A stretch of DNA of 32,000 nucleotides from Methanothermobacter thermautotrophicus str. Delta H (GCF_000008645.1 NC_000916.1:870001-902000); one strand, 5' to 3'; counted from the stretch's first letter, positions 9,166 through 18,392 are shown. The notes: generated from the sequence alone by a model not told the origin. Made by a program: numbers and translations.

Positions 9166-10470
9166 TCACCTGCCAGACAGCTCCAGCATCACCTCAGCAA
9201 CAGGTTCCTGATCCGCCTCTTTTATAACCTCAAGCCTCTCTGTTTCATATCCAGGGTTCAGTTCCCTGAACTTCTCAACAATGTCATCCCAGGTGTAGGG
9301 TTCCTCGGGTTCACCCCGGGGGAGCTCCCTGTAGGCTGTAAGGACATCACCGTTTCTGAGCCTCACCGTCACCCTTGAAGGTCTCATGTTCCGGAGCTCC
9401 TCCATAGCAGGGTCCACCTCAATCCTTATCCGGGAGGCCATCTCTGGGGAAAATCCACCCTCAAGGTCTTCAACCCTCAGCTCTCCCCCCTCAAGCAGTA
9501 TGCCCAGTGAGACCGGGAGGCTCTGCCGCACAGCCTCCACGGTAGCCGGGGAGTAACTGTCATGCTCTGCTGCGATCCTGTAGGTTGAGACTATGACCTC
9601 CTCTATCTCCGATGCCCTGAAATCATTCTCCCTGATTATCTCGGCTGCAGCATCCAGGGTGGAGTGGAGGTGCCTGCAGACAGGGTACCTCTTGAGGTAA
9701 ACGTTCCTTATATGGAAAGCTCCGACTTCGGGTGATTCACCCCCGTAGCCATCTGAACGGCACATTGCACGCAGGAATCCCTCATCTCCCTCGATCACTG
9801 ATTCTGCGCCTGTGAATCCCTGGGAAGCGAGCCTGGCGGATATCAGGCCAGACTGGGCTGCCCTGCCCGCGTGGAGGTGCTTTGCCATCGTCCCGGCATG
9901 GTCAGATTCCAGGAGCCCTGCTGCCTGGGTGCCTGCAATCCCCAGGGCATTGACGACGGCATCCACATCGGAACAGATGATCCTTGAGGCTGCCGCTGCA
10001 GCTCCGAATGTTCCGCAGGTCCCTGTCGTATGGAATCCAAGCTCCCTGTGTCCTGGATTGGCGAGGATGCCCATGAAGATTGCTGCCTCGTATCCGGCGA
10101 CCATGGCTGTTATGAAGTCCCTGAAGGTGGCCCCGGTTGCCTCGGCAGCTGCAAGGGCTGCCGGGATCACACATGAACCAGGGTGCATCTGGGCCCCCCG
10201 GTGTCCATCGTCAAGGTCAAGGTTATGGGCGAATATGCCATTGAGGAGGGCTGCCCTTTCGGTGTCGCCCCTGCCATGGCCGATGATGGTGGCCCCGCCT
10301 GAGCCCTTACCCATGGCCCCCAGTGCCATCAGCCCGCTCATCTCAGAGGAGCCCCTCAGTGCAACTCCAAGGAAGTCCAGGAAGCATAGTCTGGCCATTT
10401 CAGTGGCATCTGGGGGTATGTCACTGTATGAGAGTGATGATACAAACTCCGCAAGTCTTCTGGTCATCAT
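9166..10470 (-). CDS. MmgE/PrpD family protein (2-methylcitrate dehydratase-like fold)
   Basis: N-terminal ...LAEFVSSLSYSDIPPDATEMARLCFLDFLGVALRGS... and ...NLDLDDGH..., ...HPGSCVIPAALAAAE... are hallmark PrpD-family segments. The track ORF starts at 10524, but homologues start near MMTRRLAEF, so I place the start at 10470. That also removes the overlap with tiaS. Confidence 0.85.
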   Translation of the reverse strand: MMTRRLAEFVSSLSYSDIPPDATEMARLCFLDFLGVALRGSSEMSGLMALGAMGKGSGGATIIGHGRGDTERAALLNGIFAHNLDLDDGHRGAQMHPGSCVIPAALAAAEATGATFRDFITAMVAGYEAAIFMGILANPGHRELGFHTTGTCGTFGAAAAASRIICSDVDAVVNALGIAGTQAAGLLESDHAGTMAKHLHAGRAAQSGLISARLASQGFTGAESVIEGDEGFLRAMCRSDGYGGESPEVGAFHIRNVYLKRYPVCRHLHSTLDAAAEIIRENDFRASEIEEVIVSTYRIAAEHDSYSPATVEAVRQSLPVSLGILLEGGELRVEDLEGGFSPEMASRIRIEVDPAMEELRNMRPSRVTVRLRNGDVLTAYRELPRGEPEEPYTWDDIVEKFRELNPGYETERLEVIKEADQEPVAEVMLELSGR

Positions 10471-10508
10471 TGATCCTACTATGTTGCCTTTAAATATAAC
10501 AGTGATTG

Positions 10509-11843
10509 TTATAAATCTTCCCATTTTTTATTAAGGGGGTCTGATTGCCGGGTGCTGCTGCTCTCAGTGGCTTCGGAGGGCGGGGAGCTGATTCCCATCC
10601 TCACGAGCTGCTTTGAGAGGTGCCTTCTGGCACAGGTTGGCACCTCATAGTATCCCTCACCAACTGACCTTTCAAGGGCCCTCCTGACCTTCCTGGAGCT
10701 TCTAAGCCTCCTTCCACAGGATGGGCACTTGAAACCCTTGTTCCTCCCGGCAGACTTCATGCGCTTACCGCAGGTGCAGATGGGGTTTTCCTCAACGTAG
10801 AGCTCTGCAAGCCTTTCGAGGTGGATCTTCTCGATGTTCATGGTCCCCTGGGCACCAATACCCCCGTAGACCGTGAGCACATCTCCGGGTATGAGTTCAA
10901 GGATGATCTTCCTGAAGTCCTTTGTGGGCTCGTAGGCTCCACATTCAATCTGGCCGGAGTCATCACCGAGGGTGAAGAACACATGGCCCCCCTCGATCAC
11001 CCTCGGACCGTCGATAACCTCACCCCGCACCCTGTAGCATCCGAAGGTCTCCATGTCTGCGATCCTCCCGGCGTCCTGTATGTGCTGGTCGGTGTGCTGG
11101 TTGGTCTCAAAGATGCAGTACCTTTCAACCTCCTCGTCAACACGGACCATCTCCATCGCCCTCAGGAGGACCTCCGGGGACTCTCCCCGTATACCGTAGA
11201 GTATGGGGCAGGGTGTGTGGGGTTCTATTGCAATGTAGTCTCCATCGATGTTATCAAAGGTTTCAGAACCGGTTTCATCATCCATCCTTGCAACCGACTC
11301 AGGGTCGATACGCCTGGGCTTACCATAGTTCTCAGGGACCCTGTAGGTCAGGAGTTCATAGGTGGAGTCATCCAGGGGGCATCCAATGGCTGCAAGGGCG
11401 CCTATGATACCCCTCCCCTTCTTGAAACCGTGAACCTCTGCACCGACCCTCTCTGCGAGCCTCCGGGCGTCCTCTATCCTGAGTATCCTCCTTATGGCTG
11501 ACAGGGCGAATTCCCTCATCTCCTCTGTGATCTCGCCGGTGTAGAATACAACGCCCGGGTTGGTCCTCTCACTATCAAGCTCGGCGAGTTCCTCCACCCC
11601 TTCAAGGACAATCCCCTTTACGGTGTTAAGGTCCTCCCTGGACTCTGCCAGCACAGTGAAGGTGACCGCACCGTTGCCACGGGTCTTGTGGGGTGCGAAG
11701 GGGTTGAGCCTTATCAGCCGGGGATGGTCCTCAAGGGAGAAACCGCAACTTTTAAGTTCCTGGATTATGACACATGATATATAGGTGGTGCACATCCCTT
11801 CAGGGGAATCTGTATCATCTATACCAACATGAAGCCTGTACAT
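10509..11843 (-). CDS. tiaS: tRNA(Ile2) 2-agmatinylcytidine synthetase TiaS
   Basis: MYRLHVGIDDTDSPEGMCTTY... is the characteristic TiaS N-terminus. It also has a C-terminal Zn-ribbon (CTCGKRMKSAGRNKGFKCPSCG). The ATG at 11843 has AGGTGA 6 nt upstream. The track's 11891 start adds 16 unlikely residues. Confidence 0.85.
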   Translation of the reverse strand: MYRLHVGIDDTDSPEGMCTTYISCVIIQELKSCGFSLEDHPRLIRLNPFAPHKTRGNGAVTFTVLAESREDLNTVKGIVLEGVEELAELDSERTNPGVVFYTGEITEEMREFALSAIRRILRIEDARRLAERVGAEVHGFKKGRGIIGALAAIGCPLDDSTYELLTYRVPENYGKPRRIDPESVARMDDETGSETFDNIDGDYIAIEPHTPCPILYGIRGESPEVLLRAMEMVRVDEEVERYCIFETNQHTDQHIQDAGRIADMETFGCYRVRGEVIDGPRVIEGGHVFFTLGDDSGQIECGAYEPTKDFRKIILELIPGDVLTVYGGIGAQGTMNIEKIHLERLAELYVEENPICTCGKRMKSAGRNKGFKCPSCGRRLRSSRKVRRALERSVGEGYYEVPTCARRHLSKQLVRMGISSPPSEATESSSTRQSDPLNKKWEDL

Positions 11844-11864
11844 TACATTCACCTGGTGATCTAA

Positions 11865-12800
11865 TTGGATAAATCCATTAAAAGGGAGCATGTATTAAGG
11901 GAGATACATGAACTTCTTGCCAGCAATGGGTTTGAGACATCACACATATATGAGCGGAGCTGCTTTGACCTCATGGCAAGAAGGAAACTATTACTTCTCT
12001 TACTTAAGGTCCTTGTAAACATTGATGGTATAAATAGTTTGCAGGCCCATGAGATAAGAACCCTTGCACATACCTTCCTTGCCTCACCAATTATTGTAGG
12101 TGTGAGGTCAAAGACCGAACCCCTTAAGGAGGATGTTGTCTATGAGAGGCACGGTATCCCGGCAGTGGCCCCTGAGACCTTCAGGAACATGGTGGCTGAT
12201 GGTGAGTACCCTGAGATAATCGCTGACCGGGGCGGCTACTATGTCCATATAGACGGTAAAACCCTCAGGGAGGTCCGTGAGGAGTACAACCTCTCACTTA
12301 AGGACCTGGCTGACCTCGCCCATGTCTCCAGGAAGACCATCTACAAGTATGAGAATGGACTTGCAAGGGCCTCGGCCGAGACAGCCATGATCCTGGAGGA
12401 GATACTTAACATCAGGATAACCCTCTCCATTGACATATTCAGTGTACCCGATAGGGATGAAATTGAGATAAAACCATCAGGTAGACTTGCTGATATCGGT
12501 TTTGGCATGATAGAAACCCACAAAACCCCCTTTGATGCCGTGGCAAAGGAGATCAAGTTTGATAATACGGTGATAACCAACCTTGAGAAGGAGAGGGATT
12601 CAAGGACCCTGCGGAGGATGGCTGTCCCGCTCAAGGATCTTTCCCTTGTAAGTGGCTCCGAGTCAGTGTTCATAATCGATAATCCAAGGATAAATGAAAA
12701 CATTGAGGGAATCCCCGTCATCAAGAGCTGGGAAATCGGTGAAATGGAGAGCAGCAGGGAGTTCCTCAAGGTCATAGCCGAGAGGAAAACCTGCAGTTAG
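11865..12800 (+). CDS. Putative HTH-type (XRE/Cro-like) transcriptional regulator, archaeal ~310-aa family
   Basis: Central ...LREVREEYNLSLKDLADLAHVSRKTIYKYENGLARASAETAMILEEIL... is a classic XRE helix-turn-helix. The N-terminal ...ERSCFDLMARR...LLLKVLVNID... matches the conserved archaeal family I recall from Methanocaldococcus. TTG start at 11865; there is no in-frame ATG nearby. Confidence 0.8.
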   Translation: MDKSIKREHVLREIHELLASNGFETSHIYERSCFDLMARRKLLLLLLKVLVNIDGINSLQAHEIRTLAHTFLASPIIVGVRSKTEPLKEDVVYERHGIPAVAPETFRNMVADGEYPEIIADRGGYYVHIDGKTLREVREEYNLSLKDLADLAHVSRKTIYKYENGLARASAETAMILEEILNIRITLSIDIFSVPDRDEIEIKPSGRLADIGFGMIETHKTPFDAVAKEIKFDNTVITNLEKERDSRTLRRMAVPLKDLSLVSGSESVFIIDNPRINENIEGIPVIKSWEIGEMESSREFLKVIAERKTCS

Positions 12801-12991
12801 TGTATGAGGGTATCCCCTCTGTTCTTAGGTGAACACGGCACAAGCTGCGCGGGAGGACATCTATTTTTTCAATCCCATCCCTCTGACCGGGCATGCTGTG
12901 AAAGACCTCTTAATATCAGTCATCTGGGCTTTCAATAGAACACCCCCTTCAATCTCTCTCAAAGGGCAACCACAAAAGAGGATTGGAAGGG

Positions 12992-13456
12992 TCAGTAATA
13001 GTCCCAGACAGTAACCTCCCAGTCCTCAATCTCATAGGCGTATACAGATATGCAGTAGTATCCCGGGCCCCCTGAAACCTCTATCATTTTCTTCTTCCTT
13101 GTCGGTGACTCTGTTGGACCCCATTCAGCGGTGGCCGATGCCAGGGTCTGGCCATCCCTGAGGACATCCACTGTCACCGTGTTCACATCGTAATTGATTA
13201 TCGGTGCAGCCGACATCACCACCTTGAACTTGTTTCCCCTGATATCAACGCACCTGTAATCAGATCCAGAGCCTGTGAAGCTCATAACCCTGTGCCAGGA
13301 TGGACCCTGAGGGCTTCCGGTCACCCCCTCGTCACCCTCAATGGTGACATCATAGTGGTCTGCAGTGGACCTTTTCAGGAAAACACCGGAGAGGAACCCC
13401 AGAGATCCTATGAGAACAAAACATACCACGATAAGTACCTTTGTTGTATTATCCAA
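12992..13456 (-). CDS. Hypothetical membrane-anchored protein (single N-terminal TM helix)
   Basis: 154-aa ORF. TTG start at 13456 is preceded by GGGAGGTG 6 nt upstream. N-terminal hydrophobic helix KVLIVVCFVLIGSLGFLSGVFL is followed by a beta-rich soluble domain. No recognisable family. Confidence 0.55.
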   Translation of the reverse strand: MDNTTKVLIVVCFVLIGSLGFLSGVFLKRSTADHYDVTIEGDEGVTGSPQGPSWHRVMSFTGSGSDYRCVDIRGNKFKVVMSAAPIINYDVNTVTVDVLRDGQTLASATAEWGPTESPTRKKKMIEVSGGPGYYCISVYAYEIEDWEVTVWDYY

Positions 13457-13634
13457 GATTTACACCTCCCGAGATTCATATGGAAAAAACTTGTGATGTA
13501 GCAACCTGAAAGCTGTGGACGGATTAAATCAGCTCCCGGTGCCCGGCAGTTTCCGGAACCTGACCTCTTACTGCAGAGACAAACTGTTTCATCACCTCCA
13601 GTGCAGCTCTAACTCCAGAATAAGGGAGAATCCA

Positions 13635-14375
13635 TCACCTCCCGAAGAGTTCGCTGAATGTCTCCCTTGCCTCGGATACCGATGCAACACCAACGGCAAC
13701 CATGTCCACATAGTCAAGGCCCCCTATGAATTCAAATGCCTCCGCTGGCGGTATTATCCCCGCTGCAAGGACCTTCTCTGCGACAACCGTTTTCCCGAGT
13801 TCACTGAGGAGCCTTCCGAGTTCCTTCCGCGCATCCTCAAGGAAAACAGAAAAATCTGTCATGTAGCCAAGTCTGTTGACGGGGATCATGTAGAGTTCGA
13901 AGTTATCAACACCCTCCTCAATCAGCCTGAGGGTTGTCTCCCGTGGCATGGTTGTTGCAAGGCCCCTGAGCATCCCCTCAATACCATCCAGAATCTCAGC
14001 AACCTCAGAGGCTTCAAGAAGATCTGTGTAGTGTTCATCAAGGAGCACCGCAGCGGACCCAAGGTCTGAGAGGGTCTGGAGGTCCTCCTCAAGGTGTTCA
14101 TGCCTCAGGGTACCCATGAGGGTGAGTTCACAGCCGGCATCCCTCGCCATCTCAAGGGCCTCAAGGACCTGCTTCTCTGGTATGACCTGGAAACCCCTCA
14201 CACCAAGATCATATGATTCAACAATCACCTCCGCGATGGCCCCTGGCCGGTTTTTGAGGTCCATCTCATAGAGCCTTGACCTGTGCCCGAAGTAGGTCGC
14301 TGCTGTGAAGGGTGCGCTCCCCAGGAATGCTGCCGGCAGTTCCACGCCATTAACGGTGACTGATCCACTGAACAT
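13635..14375 (-). CDS. Conserved hypothetical protein (~246 aa)
   Basis: Long ORF. The ATG at 14375 (MFSGSVTVNGV...) is preceded by GAGGGAGGA. The track's upstream extension to 14462 (MVGSAGTGVQCASHAGARC...) looks non-coding. I do not recognise the family. Confidence 0.6.
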   Translation of the reverse strand: MFSGSVTVNGVELPAAFLGSAPFTAATYFGHRSRLYEMDLKNRPGAIAEVIVESYDLGVRGFQVIPEKQVLEALEMARDAGCELTLMGTLRHEHLEEDLQTLSDLGSAAVLLDEHYTDLLEASEVAEILDGIEGMLRGLATTMPRETTLRLIEEGVDNFELYMIPVNRLGYMTDFSVFLEDARKELGRLLSELGKTVVAEKVLAAGIIPPAEAFEFIGGLDYVDMVAVGVASVSEARETFSELFGR

Positions 14376-14539
14376 GATAATCCATCCTCCCTCTGATGGG
14401 ATATTGCAGCGGGCACCTGCATGGGATGCACACTGAACCCCGGTACCGGCTGATCCCACCAATAATTATAATATACACTACCTCTATAGATTCTTCTATC
14501 ATTCTATAAAATCTTCATTGTGATAAGTGTGGTGAAATT

Positions 14540-16117
14540 ATGTCCAGGATGAAAGTGCTTATTGCTGATTCCATCAATGAAAAGGGAATATCAGAACTCG
14601 AAGAGGTGGCTGAGGTTGTGGTCAACACCACCATAACCCCTGAGGAGCTCCTTGATGCCATAAAGGACTTTGATGCCATCGTTGTAAGGAGCAGGACAAA
14701 GGTTACGCGTGAGGTCATAGAGGCGGCGCCCCGCCTCAAGATAATAGCAAGGGCCGGTGTGGGTGTTGACAACGTTGATGTTAAGGCTGCCACCGACCGG
14801 GGTATAATGGTGATAAACGCCCCTGAGTCCACATCCATAACGGTTGCAGAACACTCAATCGGTCTCATGCTCGCACTTGCAAGGAAGATTGCAATCGCAG
14901 ACAGGTCCGTGAAGGAGGGTAAATGGGAGAAGAACCGGTTCATGGGTATCGAGCTCAACGGCAAGACCCTGGGTATAATCGGTATGGGTCGCATAGGCTC
15001 ACAGGTCGTTGTGAGGACAAAGGCCTTCGGCATGGACATAATGGTCTACGACCCCTACATAAGCAAGGAGGCTGCCGAGGAGATGGGTGTGACCGTCACA
15101 GACCTTGAAACCCTCCTGAGGGAATCAGATATAGTGACCATACACGTCCCCCTCACACCCGAGACAAGGCACCTCATCTCAGAGGATGAATTCAAATTGA
15201 TGAAGGACACGGCCTTCATAGTGAACTGTGCCCGTGGCGGTATAATCGATGAGGACGCCCTCTACAGGGCCCTTAAGGATGGTGAAATAGCCGGCGCAGC
15301 CCTTGACGTCTTTGAGGAGGAGCCTCCTGAGGGCAGCCCGCTCCTTGAACTTGAAAATGTGGTCCTGACACCACACATAGGAGCCTCCACCTCTGAGGCC
15401 CAGAGGGACGCCGCCATCATAGTTGCAAATGAGATAAAAACGGTTTTCCAGGGCGGTGCACCGAGGAACGTCCTCAACATGCCGGTGATGGACTCAGAGA
15501 CCTACAAGTCCCTCAAACCATACATTGAACTGGCAGAGAAGATGGGGGCCATCATCGCACAGGCACTCCCGGGTAACATAGAGAAACTTGATGTCACATA
15601 CTGCGGTGAACTGGCAGAGATGCAGTTCGACATCCTCACAAGGACCATGCTCCAGGCCATACTCAACCCCATCCTCACAGAACCAGTTAACCTCATAAAT
15701 GCGCCCTCAATTGCAAAGAAGAGGGGTATAATGGTTACAGAGGCCCGCCGGTCTGAGTCAGATGGTTACAGGTCAATCATAATCGCCACTGCAGAATCAG
15801 ACAGGGGCGGGTTCAGTGTGGAGGCAACACACATCAAGGAGCCTACCATAATCGGGATCAACGGTTACAGGGTCGATGTGAAACCTGAGGGTACCATGAT
15901 AATAGCACGCTACAGGGACCTCCCGGGTACCATCGGCGCCATAGGAACAAAGCTCGGCCAGCACGGTATAAACATTGCAACCATGCAGGTCGGCAGGAAG
16001 GAGATCGGCGGTGAGGCTGTGATGGTCCTCAAGGTCGATCAGAGTGTCCCGGCAGAGGTCATCGAGGAGGTTAAGAAGCTGGACAACGTGGATGATGCGG
16101 TTGCAATAGAGATCTAA
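14540..16117 (+). CDS. serA: D-3-phosphoglycerate dehydrogenase with C-terminal ACT domain
   Basis: 525 aa. NAD-binding [12 protein letters not shown], catalytic ...[10 protein letters not shown]... and ...[13 protein letters not shown]..., and a long C-terminal substrate-binding/ACT region ending ...[30 protein letters not shown] Shine-Dalgarno sits 5 nt upstream of the ATG. Confidence 0.95.
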
Positions 16118-16147
16118 CCCCAGTATCCCTGAGATCCAGCCATTACC

Positions 16148-16154
16148 TTTTTTT
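16148..16154 (+). terminator. Oligo-T tract downstream of serA (candidate archaeal intrinsic terminator)
   Basis: A T7 run lies ~30 nt after the serA stop codon. A further T-rich stretch follows at 16199-16202. Confidence 0.35.
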
Positions 16155-16243
16155 CTTATAAAACGTTTATTCCTCAGAAGATTCCATTTCATGTTTCCTT
16201 TTCTTATAAAACCCTTATCCGCCTAATCTAATTTCATGTTTCC
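16151..16243. repeat. Imperfect tandem duplication, ~48-nt unit x2
   Basis: ttttcttataaaac...atttcatgtttcc occurs at 16151-16198 and again at 16199-16243. The ends are identical and the middles diverged. Confidence 0.8.
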
Positions 16244-16300
16244 CCTGAGACGGACACACATGTGGCTCCCGGGCTCTGCACCATCCAATCCAGTTTATTA

Positions 16301-16388
16301 TTCAGCTACAGACATCAGGGAACAACCTCAAAATCAACAATTCAGCTACAGACATCCAGCCAATCAGGGAACAACCTCAAAATCCACG
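16301..16388. repeat. Imperfect tandem duplication covering the 3' end of the JAMM gene
   Basis: ttcagctacagacatc + agggaacaacctcaaaatc occurs at 16301-16335 and again at 16341-16384. The second copy carries a 9-nt insertion (cagccaatc). The second copy encodes the last 7 codons plus stop of the minus-strand gene. Confidence 0.85.
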
Positions 16389-16789
16389 GGATCCCCGTTC
16401 CTTGTGTATGCCGCCACGGTCTCCATGGTGTAGGGGTGGGCTATTATAAGATGGAACAGCCCATTCTTTGAAAAGAAGTGGAGATCTGCAGCTGATGGGA
16501 GGTTCACAGGCCCTGGGTGGGAGTGAACCGACCCGACTGCACCGGTAAAGGGTGGAAGCATGAGCACATCCATGACAGCCCCCTCATCTGATGTCTCTGA
16601 TGGTAGAAATATCAGACCGGTCACATGGAGCACCTCACCCTCCTGCCTTCCCTCAAGTAGGGCTGCGAATTCATGGGGATGGGACCTTCTGGCTATCTCA
16701 AGGACCTCATCCATGACCTCAGAGTCAACAACAACACGCCTGACCGGTTTAAAACCGGCTAAAGCAAATATCTTCTCAACTAAACCCAT
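16364..16789 (-). CDS. JAMM/MPN+ family metalloprotease (JAB1/MPN/Mov34 domain)
   Basis: Contains the Glu ...HPHEFAALLEG... and the signature GSVHSHPGPVNLPSAADL (HxHx7Sx2D). It is of stand-alone archaeal JAMM size. The ATG at 16789 is preferred over the GTG at 16798 given in the track. Confidence 0.85.
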   Translation of the reverse strand: MGLVEKIFALAGFKPVRRVVVDSEVMDEVLEIARRSHPHEFAALLEGRQEGEVLHVTGLIFLPSETSDEGAVMDVLMLPPFTGAVGSVHSHPGPVNLPSAADLHFFSKNGLFHLIIAHPYTMETVAAYTRNGDPVDFEVVP

Positions 16790-16854
16790 AGGATACACTC
16801 AGATACTCTTATTACGTAATCTCCGGCTAAACCCCGGATGATACACTCAGATAT
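16775..16854. repeat. Imperfect direct repeat (~33 nt, period ~47) covering the 5' end of the JAMM gene
   Basis: ctcaactaaacccataggatacactcagatac (16775-16806) versus ctccggctaaaccccggatgatacactcagatat (16821-16854). The first copy contains the JAMM start codon and first codons. Confidence 0.7.
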
Positions 16855-16866
16855 TATTTTTACCTG

Positions 16867-17607
16867 CTATCTCATGAGACCCTCAAAGAATTCATCCGTG
16901 AAGAGGGGGAGTTCAAGGTCAACCTTCACCCTCATCCTCACAGCAGATACCTCCTCATCCCTGATGGGGTTGTATCCCCTCACCCTGTGGGGTACGCGGT
17001 AGACCCCCACGCCCCTCCTCTGCCAGGCAGGGACACGCGATATGTTCACCCCCCTCTCAAAGAGAAGGTCGTGGAGGGAATCCGACTTCAATCCCCTGAG
17101 CCTCTCAGCAGCCCTTCTGGCCCCAACCTCCCGCCGGAGGGTCCAGTAGGCGTAGCTGTTGAGGCAGTTCCTCCAGGACTCATCCTGCCTTGACCTGAAG
17201 TACTCCGGGACAATGTCTGAGGAGATGGGTATCACCCGGCAGTCAAATGAAACCGGCTTAACCGGTGAAAAACCTGCCTCCAGTGCACCCCTGGTGAAGG
17301 AGGATGATGCGAACCCGGAGAATACAGAGTCAAGCTTCTCAACCCTCCCGGCAAATGGTACAGAGTCAAGTAGCACGTTTATCTCATCAGAGAATGTGTA
17401 TATGAGGGAGGGGCTGAATTCCTCCATGAGGTCCAGGCATGTCCTGATCATGAGGTCCCTGAAGGCCTCATCATAGGGCCTATCAAAGTCAAGGGACTCT
17501 GTGAGCCTGTGGAATCCCCTGCCATCAAGTCTCAGGATCATCCTGGATGATGGTGGTGCCCTGAGCTTTGAGTAGACCTCGTGTTCGCGCATAGAATGAC
17601 CAGCCAT
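16867..17607 (-). CDS. tRNA(His) guanylyltransferase Thg1-like protein (archaeal TLP)
   Basis: ...MILRLDGRGFHRLT...FSDEINVLLD... are the Thg1-family palm-domain motifs, and the size of 246 aa fits. The ATG overlaps the nadX stop (TGATG). Confidence 0.85.
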   Translation of the reverse strand: MAGHSMREHEVYSKLRAPPSSRMILRLDGRGFHRLTESLDFDRPYDEAFRDLMIRTCLDLMEEFSPSLIYTFSDEINVLLDSVPFAGRVEKLDSVFSGFASSSFTRGALEAGFSPVKPVSFDCRVIPISSDIVPEYFRSRQDESWRNCLNSYAYWTLRREVGARRAAERLRGLKSDSLHDLLFERGVNISRVPAWQRRGVGVYRVPHRVRGYNPIRDEEVSAVRMRVKVDLELPLFTDEFFEGLMR

Positions 17608-18380
17608 CAGGTTCCAATGTGTATGTTTTCACTGAGTGACTTGAGGAGTTTTATTGCTGAGTATGCCGCCATAACACTGGTCTTGGGGTTAACAGAGCAG
17701 CGGACATTCTCGGTTATTGTCTTGAACTCGCCAAAGTCCCCCCTGACCGTCACCTCATGGACGTTGCGGTCAACCGCGGGGTCGGCTATTATCTCAACAT
17801 CAACATCACGGTCACAGGCGAGGCTGAGGGCCGCGGCAACGTTAATGTTAAGCGGGAACTTCTTAACAGCCTCGGATGCCCTGCCCCTGTAGAGGACCTT
17901 CTTCTCATCCATGCTTATGCCAAGTGACCGGGGGGGTTTTCTTGTGATGAGCTTAACAGATTCAATGTTCCCCATGGACGCTGCCTTGAGACCATCCAGG
18001 CCCACTATGGCTCCTGAGGGAACATGAATGGTGGCGTCATTCAGGGATGCAAGTTCAACCAGCATCTCCCTGAGTTCCGGGTCCATGAGGGCTCCGACAC
18101 TCATGACAACAACGTCCTTCCCTGCCTCAAGTATCTCAGGAACCAGGTCCCTCACCGCCTCCGGTGAAGCGGCCTCAACCACGAGGTCCACCTCAGGGAG
18201 CATGTCGGCAACATCAAGCACCGCCCTCCCATCCACCATTGAGGCAAGGTTCTCTGCCCTCTCAAGGTCCCGGTCATAGAAGAAACCAAGTTTAACCGGT
18301 ACCCTGCCATCCCTCACAAAACCTGTGATGAGGTTGGCTATTGCACCGCAGCCAACTATACCCACCATCATCAGTATCAC
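17607..18380 (-). CDS. nadX: L-aspartate dehydrogenase
   Basis: Rossmann N-terminus [10 protein letters not shown], plus the C-terminal ...[45 protein letters not shown]... segment typical of the NadX (TM1643-type) family. 257 aa. Confidence 0.85.
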   Translation of the reverse strand: MILMMVGIVGCGAIANLITGFVRDGRVPVKLGFFYDRDLERAENLASMVDGRAVLDVADMLPEVDLVVEAASPEAVRDLVPEILEAGKDVVVMSVGALMDPELREMLVELASLNDATIHVPSGAIVGLDGLKAASMGNIESVKLITRKPPRSLGISMDEKKVLYRGRASEAVKKFPLNINVAAALSLACDRDVDVEIIADPAVDRNVHEVTVRGDFGEFKTITENVRCSVNPKTSVMAAYSAIKLLKSLSENIHIGT

Positions 18381-18392
18381 GCAAAAATAGGA

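Noticed and set aside
10471-10524. N-terminal extensions given by the ORF track: 10471-10524 (PrpD-family), 11844-11891 (tiaS), 14376-14462 (hypothetical), 18723-18758 (PRC barrel), 16790-16798 (JAMM) and 6246-6254 (atpH).
   Set aside because: In each case a downstream ATG has a good GGAGG/GGTGA-type ribosome-binding site at 4-7 nt and/or coincides with the family's conserved N-terminus. The extensions have odd composition or overlap the upstream gene.
12829-13014. 61-aa plus-strand ORF in the convergent spacer after the HTH regulator gene.
   Set aside because: It has no ribosome-binding site and no recognisable motif. It overlaps the 3' end of the minus-strand 154-aa gene and begins after the T6 tract that probably terminates the regulator transcript.
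13560-13610. 22-codon minus-strand mini-ORF (MKQFVSAVRGQVPETAGHRELI) following a GGAGG string in the 13457-13634 spacer.
   Set aside because: The GGAGG is only 2 nt from the ATG, too close for a functional Shine-Dalgarno, and nothing else supports it. More likely it is 5' leader of the 154-aa gene or a read-through region.
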